Positions 26,344 to 35,580 of a stretch of 64,000 nt of DNA are shown in pieces (within the stretch, counting starts at the first letter, position 1; every line of letters begins with the position of its first letter). The notes beneath the pieces were generated by a model. The model was not told the origin of the DNA. It searched no databases and saw only the letters and a list, made by a program, of their open reading frames with translations. Origin of the DNA: an uncultured virus (IMG/VR IMGVR_UViG_3300042544_003738) (taxonomy: Duplodnaviria; Heunggongvirae; Uroviricota; Caudoviricetes); the IMG/VR virus record IMGVR_UViG_3300042544_003738, positions 1 through 64,000 of that record; one strand, written 5' to 3'. Made by a program: the position numbers and the translations under genes.

Positions 26344-27417
26344 TTATGCCTTGGCTTGTTGCCTACGACGTAGTGCAGCCAGAATGTCTTCTGGGCTCGT
26401 CATCTTCTTGGCTTCTCCACTTTCTGCAACTGGTGCAGTGGTTGAGGATACAGCTTTTGCACCGTCGAATGGTGCATCAGCAACATCAGCAGATGCTGAT
26501 GGCGCTGTCACACTAATGTTACGGGGAGTAGTTGATGGTTTGGAAAACCGTTTCTCTGCTCCTGCAACATCACGTGCCATAGATGAGCCAGAGTCGTTAT
26601 CAGTTTGTAGGCCAAAAGGCTTGTAAAACTGTGCATACTTGTCTGGATCGTATGGCTTCTCATCAACTGAATCATGGAACATGTCCATAATAACCTGCAT
26701 GTGTGCCTCATCTGGACGCTTGGGCAGATAGTTGCTGAGAGCAAACAGCCCATATTGATCAATAGCTGAGCGTTCATCGTCACTCAGTGCTCGCTCACGA
26801 CGCGCCCAAGAGCTGGTACCATAGTCAGCATACGCACCCTTGCTCCCCTTTACCAAACGGAAATCCAGCCCGTTGTCATAGTCAATGGGGTTGTTTTCAA
26901 TCTCTTGGTCAAGAAACACTGTCTTGATGCGATCAAACACACTGGGATTGATCACAAAGCGCCGAATGGGATTTTCTGGAAGATTGGCTAGATCCTCAGG
27001 ATTGGGATTCTGTGTCACAAAGCCCTGGAACAAAAATGACTTTTTGCGCCAATACTTGCGTGCCATGTCCTCCATTTCTTTGCCGCCCTTCCACCAGGGA
27101 CGAATCTCTGCATTGATTGGGCAACTGCCAGGCTTCCACATGTCAACGCAAGGCACTTGCACTTCAATTGGACGACCAGTTGAAGCTTGACCTTTGATAC
27201 TTGGGAAGGGAAGACGCGTGATCAGCCGTTCAACCCAAAAGAAATCATTACTGGTATCGCCGTCTGGAAGAAATCGTAGTGTTGCTGTGCTGCCGTCTGG
27301 ATTGCTCCAGAAGGGATAATTTGCTTTATCCCCACCACCGCCACCTGTACGAGCGCGGTCTTTTGAATTTTGTTGTTCAAGTAGTTTTTCACGAATTTGA
27401 GCTAATGATAGTGCCAT
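26344..27417 (-). CDS. Single-stranded DNA-binding protein (T4 gp32-like)
   Basis: LRFLPDGD, CPI, YWRKKS, G.DFRL.K...YADY..S.W motifs; adjacent to UvsX. Confidence 0.85.
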   Translation of the reverse strand: MALSLAQIREKLLEQQNSKDRARTGGGGGDKANYPFWSNPDGSTATLRFLPDGDTSNDFFWVERLITRLPFPSIKGQASTGRPIEVQVPCVDMWKPGSCPINAEIRPWWKGGKEMEDMARKYWRKKSFLFQGFVTQNPNPEDLANLPENPIRRFVINPSVFDRIKTVFLDQEIENNPIDYDNGLDFRLVKGSKGAYADYGTSSWARRERALSDDERSAIDQYGLFALSNYLPKRPDEAHMQVIMDMFHDSVDEKPYDPDKYAQFYKPFGLQTDNDSGSSMARDVAGAEKRFSKPSTTPRNISVTAPSASADVADAPFDGAKAVSSTTAPVAESGEAKKMTSPEDILAALRRRQQAKA

Positions 27418-27532
27418 TGTATTTTTCTTTCTATGTGCCTATTAAAGTGTCTATATGTTTTCAGGATAGAGACAACAAAACACTGTTTTGTTGTCACTAA
27501 CAAGCTTATTTAGTATTGATAGTTCTTACAAG

Positions 27533-28600
27533 TTATTTTTCTGATTTTTTCAATTGTTCAATTATTTCATCCAACTCTGCTGTCACAGCAGATGGATCGG
27601 CTTCAAAGCGGCTTTCCCACCCTGGAACATTTCTTTTCAAGTAGTCTAGGGTTTCATATTTGTTGCCATCACTTGCTACCCAAGCAGCTTTCACTTGGTC
27701 TGTTTTTGATTCATTTTCACTTATCTGGAGATCAAAACTTTCCAACCAACCCATCATGTCTTTGGCTTCACGGAAAGTCAATGGCAATGATGTTGTAGGG
27801 TGTTTCCAATCAGTCAACATTTTTCTGGCCTTACTAACACCCTCATTGTAGGAGCGTGTTTCTGCCATTTGTCCCAAGAGCTTTTTGATTTGTCCACGAG
27901 TTGTGCTGATTTCATTCAGCAAGCTTGTGGACCCCAGTCTACGTGCCCGACGTTGAAGTGCACTCATGTTTTGTAGGGATTTGGTCAAATCTTGAATCAA
28001 AGTTCCTTCAGCGTCGTGCATGGATTTTTGTTGGCTTAGATGCTGTGCCATAGCTTTGGCTCCCAGCACATGGTTCAACGGAAATTTAAATCTTTCTCCT
28101 GTTGGAGTATGGAGCATAACCTGTTTGATTCTGCGCCAGCGTTGGGCTTGATCAAGATTGTCTTTGTGCCAAGGCCTTGAGTGCTTGATTACAACCAATA
28201 CGCCATTGATGGGAAAATAGCTAGTGCGTGTGCTTCCACTCCAAGAATGAGTTTCTGTTACGTTCATGTGTTTGAAATGACGTGGCTCAAGCGTACGAGC
28301 AAAATGCTCGGTGTCAAAACTGAAGTCCCATGGATTGTGTCTCTTCAAGGCAAATTTGATATCCTTGAACCTTTTTTTGTCTGTTACATCACTCGTATAA
28401 AATGTAACCAAGGGTTTAGGTGGCTTGCCTTTGGTATATCCTAGAGAAACCATCAACTTTTCATTGTTACTCCAAAGGCGATCGCTTTTCTTGGGATCAA
28501 AAACTTGATTGCCTTTTTCATCGTACATATAAATTTCATGACCCTTGCCACTCAAAACATCAAAAATCAATTGGGCCATCTCTTCATGAGGTGTTGCCAT
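27533..28600 (-). CDS. Hypothetical protein (late, probably virion-associated)
   Basis: 355-aa ORF with TAAATA upstream. Confidence 0.65.
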   Translation of the reverse strand: MATPHEEMAQLIFDVLSGKGHEIYMYDEKGNQVFDPKKSDRLWSNNEKLMVSLGYTKGKPPKPLVTFYTSDVTDKKRFKDIKFALKRHNPWDFSFDTEHFARTLEPRHFKHMNVTETHSWSGSTRTSYFPINGVLVVIKHSRPWHKDNLDQAQRWRRIKQVMLHTPTGERFKFPLNHVLGAKAMAQHLSQQKSMHDAEGTLIQDLTKSLQNMSALQRRARRLGSTSLLNEISTTRGQIKKLLGQMAETRSYNEGVSKARKMLTDWKHPTTSLPLTFREAKDMMGWLESFDLQISENESKTDQVKAAWVASDGNKYETLDYLKRNVPGWESRFEADPSAVTAELDEIIEQLKKSEK

Positions 28601-28634
28601 ACTCTATCCCTTCTCTATTCCAATATTTAAGAGA

Positions 28635-30230
28635 TTACCAGATGCTAACAGCTATTGGCAAAGGCTCCATCAAATCATCAACCTCCACTAAATCATTATT
28701 CCTGATTTGTGATGCTGTGCTGTCGTCCCATCTTGCTATAAGCTGACTCATTCTTACTATCATCAATAGTGCACTGACCAAGTCATCGTGTTCTCCACTT
28801 TTGGCTGCAAAGCTTCCGCCTTTGGTAACATAGTTTTTCAGTTCTGAGATCAAAGGCTTGCTCTTGATTTGGAGGCGATTGCCTTCTATCAAACTTTTGA
28901 GTTTGGTTACAGCTTGATTCTTTGTGCGCCCATTTGTATTCAATCCTTTCCTGAACTTTGATCCACTTTGATTGGGTTCACTCATCAATTGCGCTGGTAC
29001 TACGTCCCATCCTGCTTCATTTAAAAGTTCAATAACAGCCTGCCCATAACTGTTGTTTTCAAATGTCCAGAATATTTCTGGTTCGCTTATTTGCTGGGGT
29101 TGTGCTCGCATTTCTCGTTCGATGAAGCTGGTAATTTGTACAATCATTTTCAATTGTGTAGCAACATCACTGCGGTTATGCATCCATTCAGCAACCTGAG
29201 CCATTTCTGGCAATCGCCATACTTGTATAGCTGCTGAGTCCAAGCCCACGCCAGCTGATGGATCAAGGCTAATGAGATAAATGTTGTTGGCTTGAGGCTT
29301 TTCCCACCATCGTATATGGTTGGTTTTGAACAAGGGTTCAGTTGAAACCAGTCCTGCTAGACACTGACTGTCAATCAAGGTGCTGTCTGCTGTTAGGAAC
29401 CGCAGTTCATATTCACGCTCAAACTTTTCATAACCAATTTTGGCACGCTCTTTTTTGGCCCAGTCTTCGTCTCGATCAGGATGTTGATTCCATTTGGCAA
29501 CAAATGCTTTGAATCCATTTGCTCCCAGTCCATCAGGCAGTTCGTTCCCAAATTCGTCAATTGTACGATTACTGCTATACCAAATTTGTGCAAATGGGTC
29601 CTCATCACTGTTGGGAGTGCTAGTGATAATGCATTTTCCTCCAGTGGCTAGAGTTGGGCTGATGGCACTCCAAAACTCTTCAGCAATTCGAGGCTTAACG
29701 AATGCCATCTCGTCCAAATATAACAAGCTGATGGATTTACCACGTCCTGTTGAAGGAGTGGTAGTAGCACTTTCAATCTTGCTGCCGTTGTCAAAAACAA
29801 TCTTTTGCACGTTGTAGGTCACAACACCAGCTTTTAACCAGTCAGGAAGTTCTTCATAACTGAATTTGATGCGATCCATAATCTCGGTAGCTGCGCGAAA
29901 ATTATTGGCAGCGATCAAAATATTCACATCTTTTTGGAACGTTGCGAACCATAACATGAAGCTGGCTGCTGTTTCTGTCTTCCCCAACTGTCTTGAGCAC
30001 ATAGCTATAACTTGGCGGTTTTGCCAGTAGGTCAAAACCAAGTCTTTTTGATAGTCAAACAGTTTGAAGGGCACTCTGCCTTTGGTGCTATGTCGAATGT
30101 ATATGTAGTTGTCTATAAAATACAAGGGATTGATAGCACACTTGAGGAACTCAGCCTCTTGGTGTGCAGTCAGTCGCAACTGTTGGTGCGGCTTTTTTAT
30201 TAGGACTGGATCAGTGTTATTTTGTAGCAT
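28635..30230 (-). CDS. Terminase large subunit (T4 gp17-like)
   Basis: FKLFDYQ, SRQLGKT, LYLDEMAF, ITSTPN, nuclease DPSAG and HDDLV motifs. Confidence 0.95.
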   Translation of the reverse strand: MLQNNTDPVLIKKPHQQLRLTAHQEAEFLKCAINPLYFIDNYIYIRHSTKGRVPFKLFDYQKDLVLTYWQNRQVIAMCSRQLGKTETAASFMLWFATFQKDVNILIAANNFRAATEIMDRIKFSYEELPDWLKAGVVTYNVQKIVFDNGSKIESATTTPSTGRGKSISLLYLDEMAFVKPRIAEEFWSAISPTLATGGKCIITSTPNSDEDPFAQIWYSSNRTIDEFGNELPDGLGANGFKAFVAKWNQHPDRDEDWAKKERAKIGYEKFEREYELRFLTADSTLIDSQCLAGLVSTEPLFKTNHIRWWEKPQANNIYLISLDPSAGVGLDSAAIQVWRLPEMAQVAEWMHNRSDVATQLKMIVQITSFIEREMRAQPQQISEPEIFWTFENNSYGQAVIELLNEAGWDVVPAQLMSEPNQSGSKFRKGLNTNGRTKNQAVTKLKSLIEGNRLQIKSKPLISELKNYVTKGGSFAAKSGEHDDLVSALLMIVRMSQLIARWDDSTASQIRNNDLVEVDDLMEPLPIAVSIW

Positions 30231-30232
30231 CT

Positions 30233-30478
30233 CTAATACAAGCGGAACAAATGGTCAACTGCTTCCAGTTTACGAGGTGTTTCTCCGCTGACACCCAATA
30301 ATATTTCTTTTATCACTGCATCAATATTTTGTTTCCAGAATTGCAAGAACGCTTGTGTTCGCTGCAATTCTGGAACGTAGTCATCCAACGTCCACACAAA
30401 TTCCTGAATCAGGTGTTGATAATCAGGTCGATAATAAAAAATGTCCAGTGTTACTATTGTCGTGCGACGTATCAGCAT
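30233..30478 (-). CDS. Usg-like protein
   Basis: IFYYRPDYQHLIQEFVW..DD..PEL....FL.FW...ID..I pattern of the alphaproteobacterial Usg family. Confidence 0.65.
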   Translation of the reverse strand: MLIRRTTIVTLDIFYYRPDYQHLIQEFVWTLDDYVPELQRTQAFLQFWKQNIDAVIKEILLGVSGETPRKLEAVDHLFRLY

Positions 30479-30483
30479 GCAAA

Positions 30484-31224
30484 TTATCGATTTATGTGTT
30501 GCCGTTTGATATCAGTCAAAGGGCTTTCACTGCCGTCAGTGTCAGGTTCTTCAGTGTAGGGATCTTTCAAAAACTCATCACGTTTTGTAGCTGTTAGAGG
30601 GCTGGCCCGACCATCTGCATTTACACGCTGTTCACTTTCATTTATGAAGTCGTTGTAGGCTGCTACTAAACGGGCATGAATACTTTCACGCATTTCTGAT
30701 TTCAAAGCATTGCTGCCAAATCGCGCATTTGTCAAACGTTCAGGCAGATCGCCACGTCCCTTGAAGTTATAGTCTTTTATGTCAAATTCTTTAGTTTCTT
30801 CAGTAGGGTCTTTGTGGCCATAATCATACTCAGCCTGTTGTTCCATAACAACTACCTCTGGAGACGTGGCATCTACGCCGCTGTCTCCACAATCGCAAGG
30901 TCCTTGGCAGCCGCAAGCTTTTCCTACATCACAGTCGCAAGGGCCATCACAGCCACAAGCTTTAGATTGTGTCATATGAGGAACCCCAGCCAACTGCAAC
31001 AAGCGCATAACATCGTCAGGCTCACAAGTGTTTACGGTCATGGAAGCAGCATCATTGGGATTTTGACTGGCAGATGTTATTGATGCATTATATCTTTTGT
31101 CACTACCTTGCCCAGCCAGCTGCATCAACCTCATCACATCACCTGCATCGTCAGTGCTAACACTAGCACTCTTGCTGGGAATGTCTTTGGTTGAAATAGT
31201 TAAATTATATCGATTTGATTCCAT
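30484..31224 (-). CDS. Hypothetical head-associated protein with duplicated MRLxQLAG motif and Cys-rich repeat
   Basis: DVMRLMQLAG / DVMRLLQLAG; KACGCDGPCDC / KACGCQGPCDC. Confidence 0.65.
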   Translation of the reverse strand: MESNRYNLTISTKDIPSKSASVSTDDAGDVMRLMQLAGQGSDKRYNASITSASQNPNDAASMTVNTCEPDDVMRLLQLAGVPHMTQSKACGCDGPCDCDVGKACGCQGPCDCGDSGVDATSPEVVVMEQQAEYDYGHKDPTEETKEFDIKDYNFKGRGDLPERLTNARFGSNALKSEMRESIHARLVAAYNDFINESEQRVNADGRASPLTATKRDEFLKDPYTEEPDTDGSESPLTDIKRQHINR

Positions 31225-31226
31225 AA

Positions 31227-32045
31227 TTACTTGCCTTTTCTAGGATGCCTGATTTCGTCAGCTTGCATGCTCATGGTTACTGTTTTCCCACTGCGATTTT
31301 TGCGTGCTGTGAAGTAGGTCTTGCTGTCGTCATCAAAATTTCCACTGCTAGTCAAAAATTTGCTGTCAACTGGCATTTTGTTGGATTTTTTGGATTTTGT
31401 TACAGGCTTTGGTGTATCATGCTTGTCGTTAAAATCTGCCAAGTCTTGAGTGGGTTCTTGCCGAGCAGCTTTCAATTCCTTAACTGAAATGTGACTGCTG
31501 AGGGTTTCAAACTCTTGGGGTTTCCGAGAAGCTGCAACGTCTGCCAGATAACTGAGAAATTTTTTGTTGTATTTGTCCCCAAATGCGTCTTTGACAACTG
31601 GCTGTTCAGCATCTAGATATTCATTATCTGTGCTCAACAAGCTGGCTTTTTGTGTTAAACCTTTTTCATCAGCCATTTTGTCCAATAGGCTTAGGATTTG
31701 CATCTTTTGACTTTCAACTTCAATAGGCTCGTTGTCATTACGCACAACCAAAAACTTTTCAGGAATATTCAATGCAGCACGAAGTTCTTGTTGAAGAATG
31801 TATGCGCTGAAAGGGATGCCAATTACAGCATCAATATACCAAACATCAGCATTTTCAATGTCCCGGAACTCCATAGCATCTTGCTTGGGAGAGATCTTCA
31901 CTGGAGTGCCAATGCTGATGAGGTTGTATCTACTTAACAGCCGCTCCATGTCATCCATATGCTCATCTGTGGGCGGAACCACCATTTTGATGCGGAAGTC
32001 GTATTGTTTTTGAGCTTCTTCCAAATATGTTTTGAAACTTTTCAT
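31227..32045 (-). CDS. Putative head-associated structural protein
   Basis: Start MKSFKTYLEEA resembles the T4 internal-protein capsid-targeting N-terminus. Confidence 0.6.
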   Translation of the reverse strand: MKSFKTYLEEAQKQYDFRIKMVVPPTDEHMDDMERLLSRYNLISIGTPVKISPKQDAMEFRDIENADVWYIDAVIGIPFSAYILQQELRAALNIPEKFLVVRNDNEPIEVESQKMQILSLLDKMADEKGLTQKASLLSTDNEYLDAEQPVVKDAFGDKYNKKFLSYLADVAASRKPQEFETLSSHISVKELKAARQEPTQDLADFNDKHDTPKPVTKSKKSNKMPVDSKFLTSSGNFDDDSKTYFTARKNRSGKTVTMSMQADEIRHPRKGK

Positions 32046-32067
32046 AGCACTACTTTCAATTCTTCCT

Positions 32068-32529
32068 CTATTTAGTTTCTCTGCTGAACTCTCGCAATTG
32101 TTCCAGCAATGCGTTACGGTCCAAAACTTTGATATTCCCTGTATCAACTTCCTCATTTTTATCTGGGAAAGCTTTTTCCAATTTCAATCGGTCTAAATCC
32201 AATTTCAATTGTTTCAAACGTCGGTCCATTTTGCTGTTCCGGGCATCCAAGGCAACTTTCAGCATTGTTGCGCTGGCTGTGAAAATTTCCCCTGCGTGTC
32301 GCATTTCAACTGTCATGCCGAGATCATTTAAATTCTTGCCCCACTCTATCGCCAAACTGGCAATTTCGTTCATTTCATCGTCATGAACTTCACCAGCATC
32401 TTGATCCTTGAATTCCTTAACCAAATCTTTTGCTTTCTCAAGACTGGTTTCCAACAACTCTTGAGGAGATATGCTGTCTTCCAGTCTAGGCAAGTCAAAA
32501 GTTTGTTCCAGTTGATCAAAACGTCCCAT
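32068..32529 (-). CDS. Putative terminase small subunit (gp16-like)
   Basis: 153-aa helical protein near terL and gp4; C-terminal DRNALLEQL. Confidence 0.5.
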   Translation of the reverse strand: MGRFDQLEQTFDLPRLEDSISPQELLETSLEKAKDLVKEFKDQDAGEVHDDEMNEIASLAIEWGKNLNDLGMTVEMRHAGEIFTASATMLKVALDARNSKMDRRLKQLKLDLDRLKLEKAFPDKNEEVDTGNIKVLDRNALLEQLREFSRETK

Positions 32530-32963
32530 TATTTGCCTTTTTGCTTGAATATGCTGTCTTCATTCACAACTCTAAATTTCAAACCCTGTTTATTTGCCCA
32601 AGCAAATGCAGCAGCCCATTTTGCTGTATTCACAATTACAAACGCTTTATCTCTTTTGCTTTTGGCATTTTCCATCAAGGTTTCTTTTTTGGGCTTGATT
32701 TCAATCAGCTCACCTATGTTGTTACCAGCTTTGTCCTGATATACAATTAGGAAATCAGGCACATAGAGACTTTGTTTGCCTGTTAAGGGGTTTTTGTAGG
32801 GTATTTTGATAAATTCACTAGCCCATTGAATTATGCTGGGATGAGTATCAAAAAAATGCATGCATGCTAATTCCCAAGAACTACGGAAGGTAGGTGAGGG
32901 ATTACCAACCACTTTTCCAGGATTTTTCGGTGTGAAGGTGCCTTGACTGTATTTTATTGCCAT
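32529..32963 (-). CDS. Head completion nuclease (T4 gp4-like, TnsA fold)
   Basis: PKNP.K..G, RSSWE, WASE..IPY, YVPDF, IEIKP, VN.AKW.AA motifs. Confidence 0.88.
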   Translation of the reverse strand: MAIKYSQGTFTPKNPGKVVGNPSPTFRSSWELACMHFFDTHPSIIQWASEFIKIPYKNPLTGKQSLYVPDFLIVYQDKAGNNIGELIEIKPKKETLMENAKSKRDKAFVIVNTAKWAAAFAWANKQGLKFRVVNEDSIFKQKGK

Positions 32964-32979
32964 GCATCTATTTAGAATC

Positions 32980-33450
32980 TTATGTTGTTTGTGCCAAAAT
33001 CTTTGCGTTGAGCATCAAATTATTGACATACGGGGGATCAGGCGGCCCATTGTTGTAACCTATTTGACTTGCTGCTGATCGAAAAAAATTCAAATTCTCC
33101 AACAGGTCTGGCGTCATAACACCGTTTTTGAACAAGCTCTGTGGATTTTTGTTTATGCTTTTTGCAGTTACCGCAGCAATAGCGCCATAAGTGTTGCTGA
33201 GATTTTCAGGAACTGCTTGCCCTGAGAACATGCTTTTGGCGATCGCATAGTTTTCGGGATTGATTTGGAAACTGTTATCAAGTGGGCTATTTTGTAAATC
33301 ATATGCACTGGCATTGATGGGACGGTTTTGCAATTCACCTGTTGCGGGATTTTGAAACTGTCTTGTGCCTTGCACATTTACAACGATACTTTCTTGACCA
33401 AAATTATTTGATTGATCAATCAAATTCCTGGTTATGAGATCTTGAACCAT
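32980..33450 (-). CDS. Hypothetical structural-region protein
   Basis: ORF coupled to upstream tail gene; start MVQDL. Confidence 0.6.
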   Translation of the reverse strand: MVQDLITRNLIDQSNNFGQESIVVNVQGTRQFQNPATGELQNRPINASAYDLQNSPLDNSFQINPENYAIAKSMFSGQAVPENLSNTYGAIAAVTAKSINKNPQSLFKNGVMTPDLLENLNFFRSAASQIGYNNGPPDPPYVNNLMLNAKILAQTT

Positions 33451-34475
33451 TAGATGAATCTCCCCCATCTACTCAATGCACTTGACCCCAGTCGCTGTGC
33501 GACTCTGCCCCCAATGCCTGTTATTCCACTTGCAGTTATGGCACGTGATCCAAGACTGCTCAACACCTGTCCCACAAAAGGTACGTTGCTGGCAACATTG
33601 TTGAGCAGCCCATCCAATGTGTTTTGAATGCTGTCATCCAATTCCAACAAAAAGGTGTTCACACCGCCAAACATGTCTGCAGGCTCATAATAGTCACCGC
33701 CATCTAAATCAAATTTGCTGATCAATTCAGGAGTTAATTTATAAGCTACTTCCTCAAAAGCTACACCTTCATGCTTGACAGTCATGTTGATTGTGTTAAG
33801 GGCACTGCTTTCTGTTTCCAAGCTGTCAAACTCAAGACTGGACACTTTTGGATTGTATACTCGCATTTTGGTGTACTTGCCACCATAAAAGGTGTAAATG
33901 TCAAGACTTTCAAAAAAGTTAGTGTCAGGGCCTGGTTGTGGACTGAATCCCCAGCCACTTCCGATACTAAACTCTTTTTCAATTACGCTGCTTCGCCAAG
34001 CCACTGCATTGCCTATTCTACTATTAGGCCGCAGTCTTCCATCCCCAAAATACCAGTTGTAGTAATCTCTCCACACCCGTAATACTCGGTCATCAACAGT
34101 GTCGTGCAAAATGATATTCAAATCTGAATAGTCGATACCAGTGTAGACAACACGCTTACGATTGTATTGTTTTAGGATTTTAGCCTCAGGAGAGAATTTA
34201 GGCCTATCAATAGTTTTGATTTGGAAGGCAAATCCTGATTGCCAACTGCTGAATTCTCTCAAGGAGCTGATGGCAGGCCCAGCATTGAAGCTTGCATAAA
34301 ACAAAAACTTTTGACGTGGCATTGCACTAATGACACGATTGGTTTTTGTATGTTTTGTAGCATACCTACTGTTGCGCAAGATCAAAGGGAGGCCGCGATA
34401 GTAAGTACGGCTTCCTGCTGATGCGCCTAGTTCATTAGAGGTTTGCTGTTGCGCTTGATCGGCTGCTAAAGGCAC
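33450..34475 (-). CDS. Tail tube-like / baseplate-tube junction protein (gp19/gp54-like)
   Basis: IDRPKF..QYNRKR..I.Y.DLNI.LHDTVD..W.DY; follows tail tube gene. Confidence 0.65.
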   Translation of the reverse strand: MPLAADQAQQQTSNELGASAGSRTYYRGLPLILRNSRYATKHTKTNRVISAMPRQKFLFYASFNAGPAISSLREFSSWQSGFAFQIKTIDRPKFSPEAKILKQYNRKRVVYTGIDYSDLNIILHDTVDDRVLRVWRDYYNWYFGDGRLRPNSRIGNAVAWRSSVIEKEFSIGSGWGFSPQPGPDTNFFESLDIYTFYGGKYTKMRVYNPKVSSLEFDSLETESSALNTINMTVKHEGVAFEEVAYKLTPELISKFDLDGGDYYEPADMFGGVNTFLLELDDSIQNTLDGLLNNVASNVPFVGQVLSSLGSRAITASGITGIGGRVAQRLGSSALSRWGRFI

Positions 34476-34478
34476 AGG

Positions 34479-35060
34479 TTATCCTATACTGACACCAGGT
34501 CTAAATTGCGGATTTAGTTCAAACAACCCATCCGCAAGGGTGGCATTGTCAAATCTCACAGTAAGCTGAATGTCCACGGGGTCACTGCTGTTGTATTCTA
34601 GTGATTGATAATCAACAGTTTCAAGGAAACAACCTTCCAAAGTCCAAGTTTCAAATACTGTTTCGTTGCCGCCATCAAGTATTTCAAGAATAGTTGTAAA
34701 CTTGTAATTGATGCCCGCAGCAACACTTGTTTGTTCAAAAAAGTTCATTTGTTTTTGTAGCTGGTGACCCACGAGTTTGCTGACACTGTTAGTAATATCG
34801 TCACGAACAGTGATGTTCATCTGTTGCCAAGTTGCCTTACCAGCGTAATGCATAATGGAATTGTAGCTGTGTACCTCAACGCTGTTCATTGAAACATTGG
34901 GCCGGGCTGCACTAACTACCTGTTGAGTCAACTCCAACCCACCAGCAATGGGCCCAAAATTGATTACTCGCACACGGAAGCGATGTTTGATCTTCGGCAT
35001 GAGCAAGCCATTTCTTGCACCGTTGATGGGAACGCCGAATTTTGAAAGAGTCTCTACCAT
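34479..35060 (-). CDS. Tail tube protein (T4 gp19-like)
   Basis: YAGKATWQ..ITVRDD, WTLEGCF, LTVRFDNA; CATAAATA late promoter at 35093-35100. Confidence 0.85.
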   Translation of the reverse strand: MVETLSKFGVPINGARNGLLMPKIKHRFRVRVINFGPIAGGLELTQQVVSAARPNVSMNSVEVHSYNSIMHYAGKATWQQMNITVRDDITNSVSKLVGHQLQKQMNFFEQTSVAAGINYKFTTILEILDGGNETVFETWTLEGCFLETVDYQSLEYNSSDPVDIQLTVRFDNATLADGLFELNPQFRPGVSIG

Positions 35061-35130
35061 GCTCTACTCCAGAAACTTGTTTATTGCAAACTTATTTATG
35101 GAGAGAGGGTGGAAAAATCAGGGGCAGTTT

Positions 35131-35454
35131 TTAGGCATGCCCCACTTGACCATAAGCCAATAGAGCAATGCTCTCTTGTTGACTGATTAGGCCTTGCAGA
35201 ATAACCAAATGTGCACCGTCAATAACTTCTTGTTGATGATCATCAGCAACAAGACTGATCATATTGCCTAAGGTTTCGCTCAAACTTTCAATCAACATAC
35301 CCAATGCATCATTTTTCCCCATAGTAGAGCTGTAGTGCTCAAACAAGGCTACACTTAGTTTAGTCAACTCACCAGTAACTCTCTGCCTTTCATAATCAAG
35401 GTCAGTTTGAGGGTCTGAGTCAATTTCTTCAGATTCAAGAATTGAGCTTGTCAT
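35131..35454 (-). CDS. Hypothetical protein
   Basis: 107-aa ORF. Confidence 0.6.
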   Translation of the reverse strand: MTSSILESEEIDSDPQTDLDYERQRVTGELTKLSVALFEHYSSTMGKNDALGMLIESLSETLGNMISLVADDHQQEVIDGAHLVILQGLISQQESIALLAYGQVGHA

Positions 35455-35580
35455 GTTACCTGCAATTGTTTTCTTGTATTTAAGCTTAAGTTCGGATTGT
35501 TGTCTGTCTAGACAGATTATTATGGATAGATATTGTTATAAAGCCTTAAATAACTATATACTAAAACGAAGGAAATAGCT

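Noticed and set aside
32529..32963. Tn7 TnsA transposase
   Set aside because: The fold is shared with T4 gp4; context is the head/tail module and no other tns genes are present
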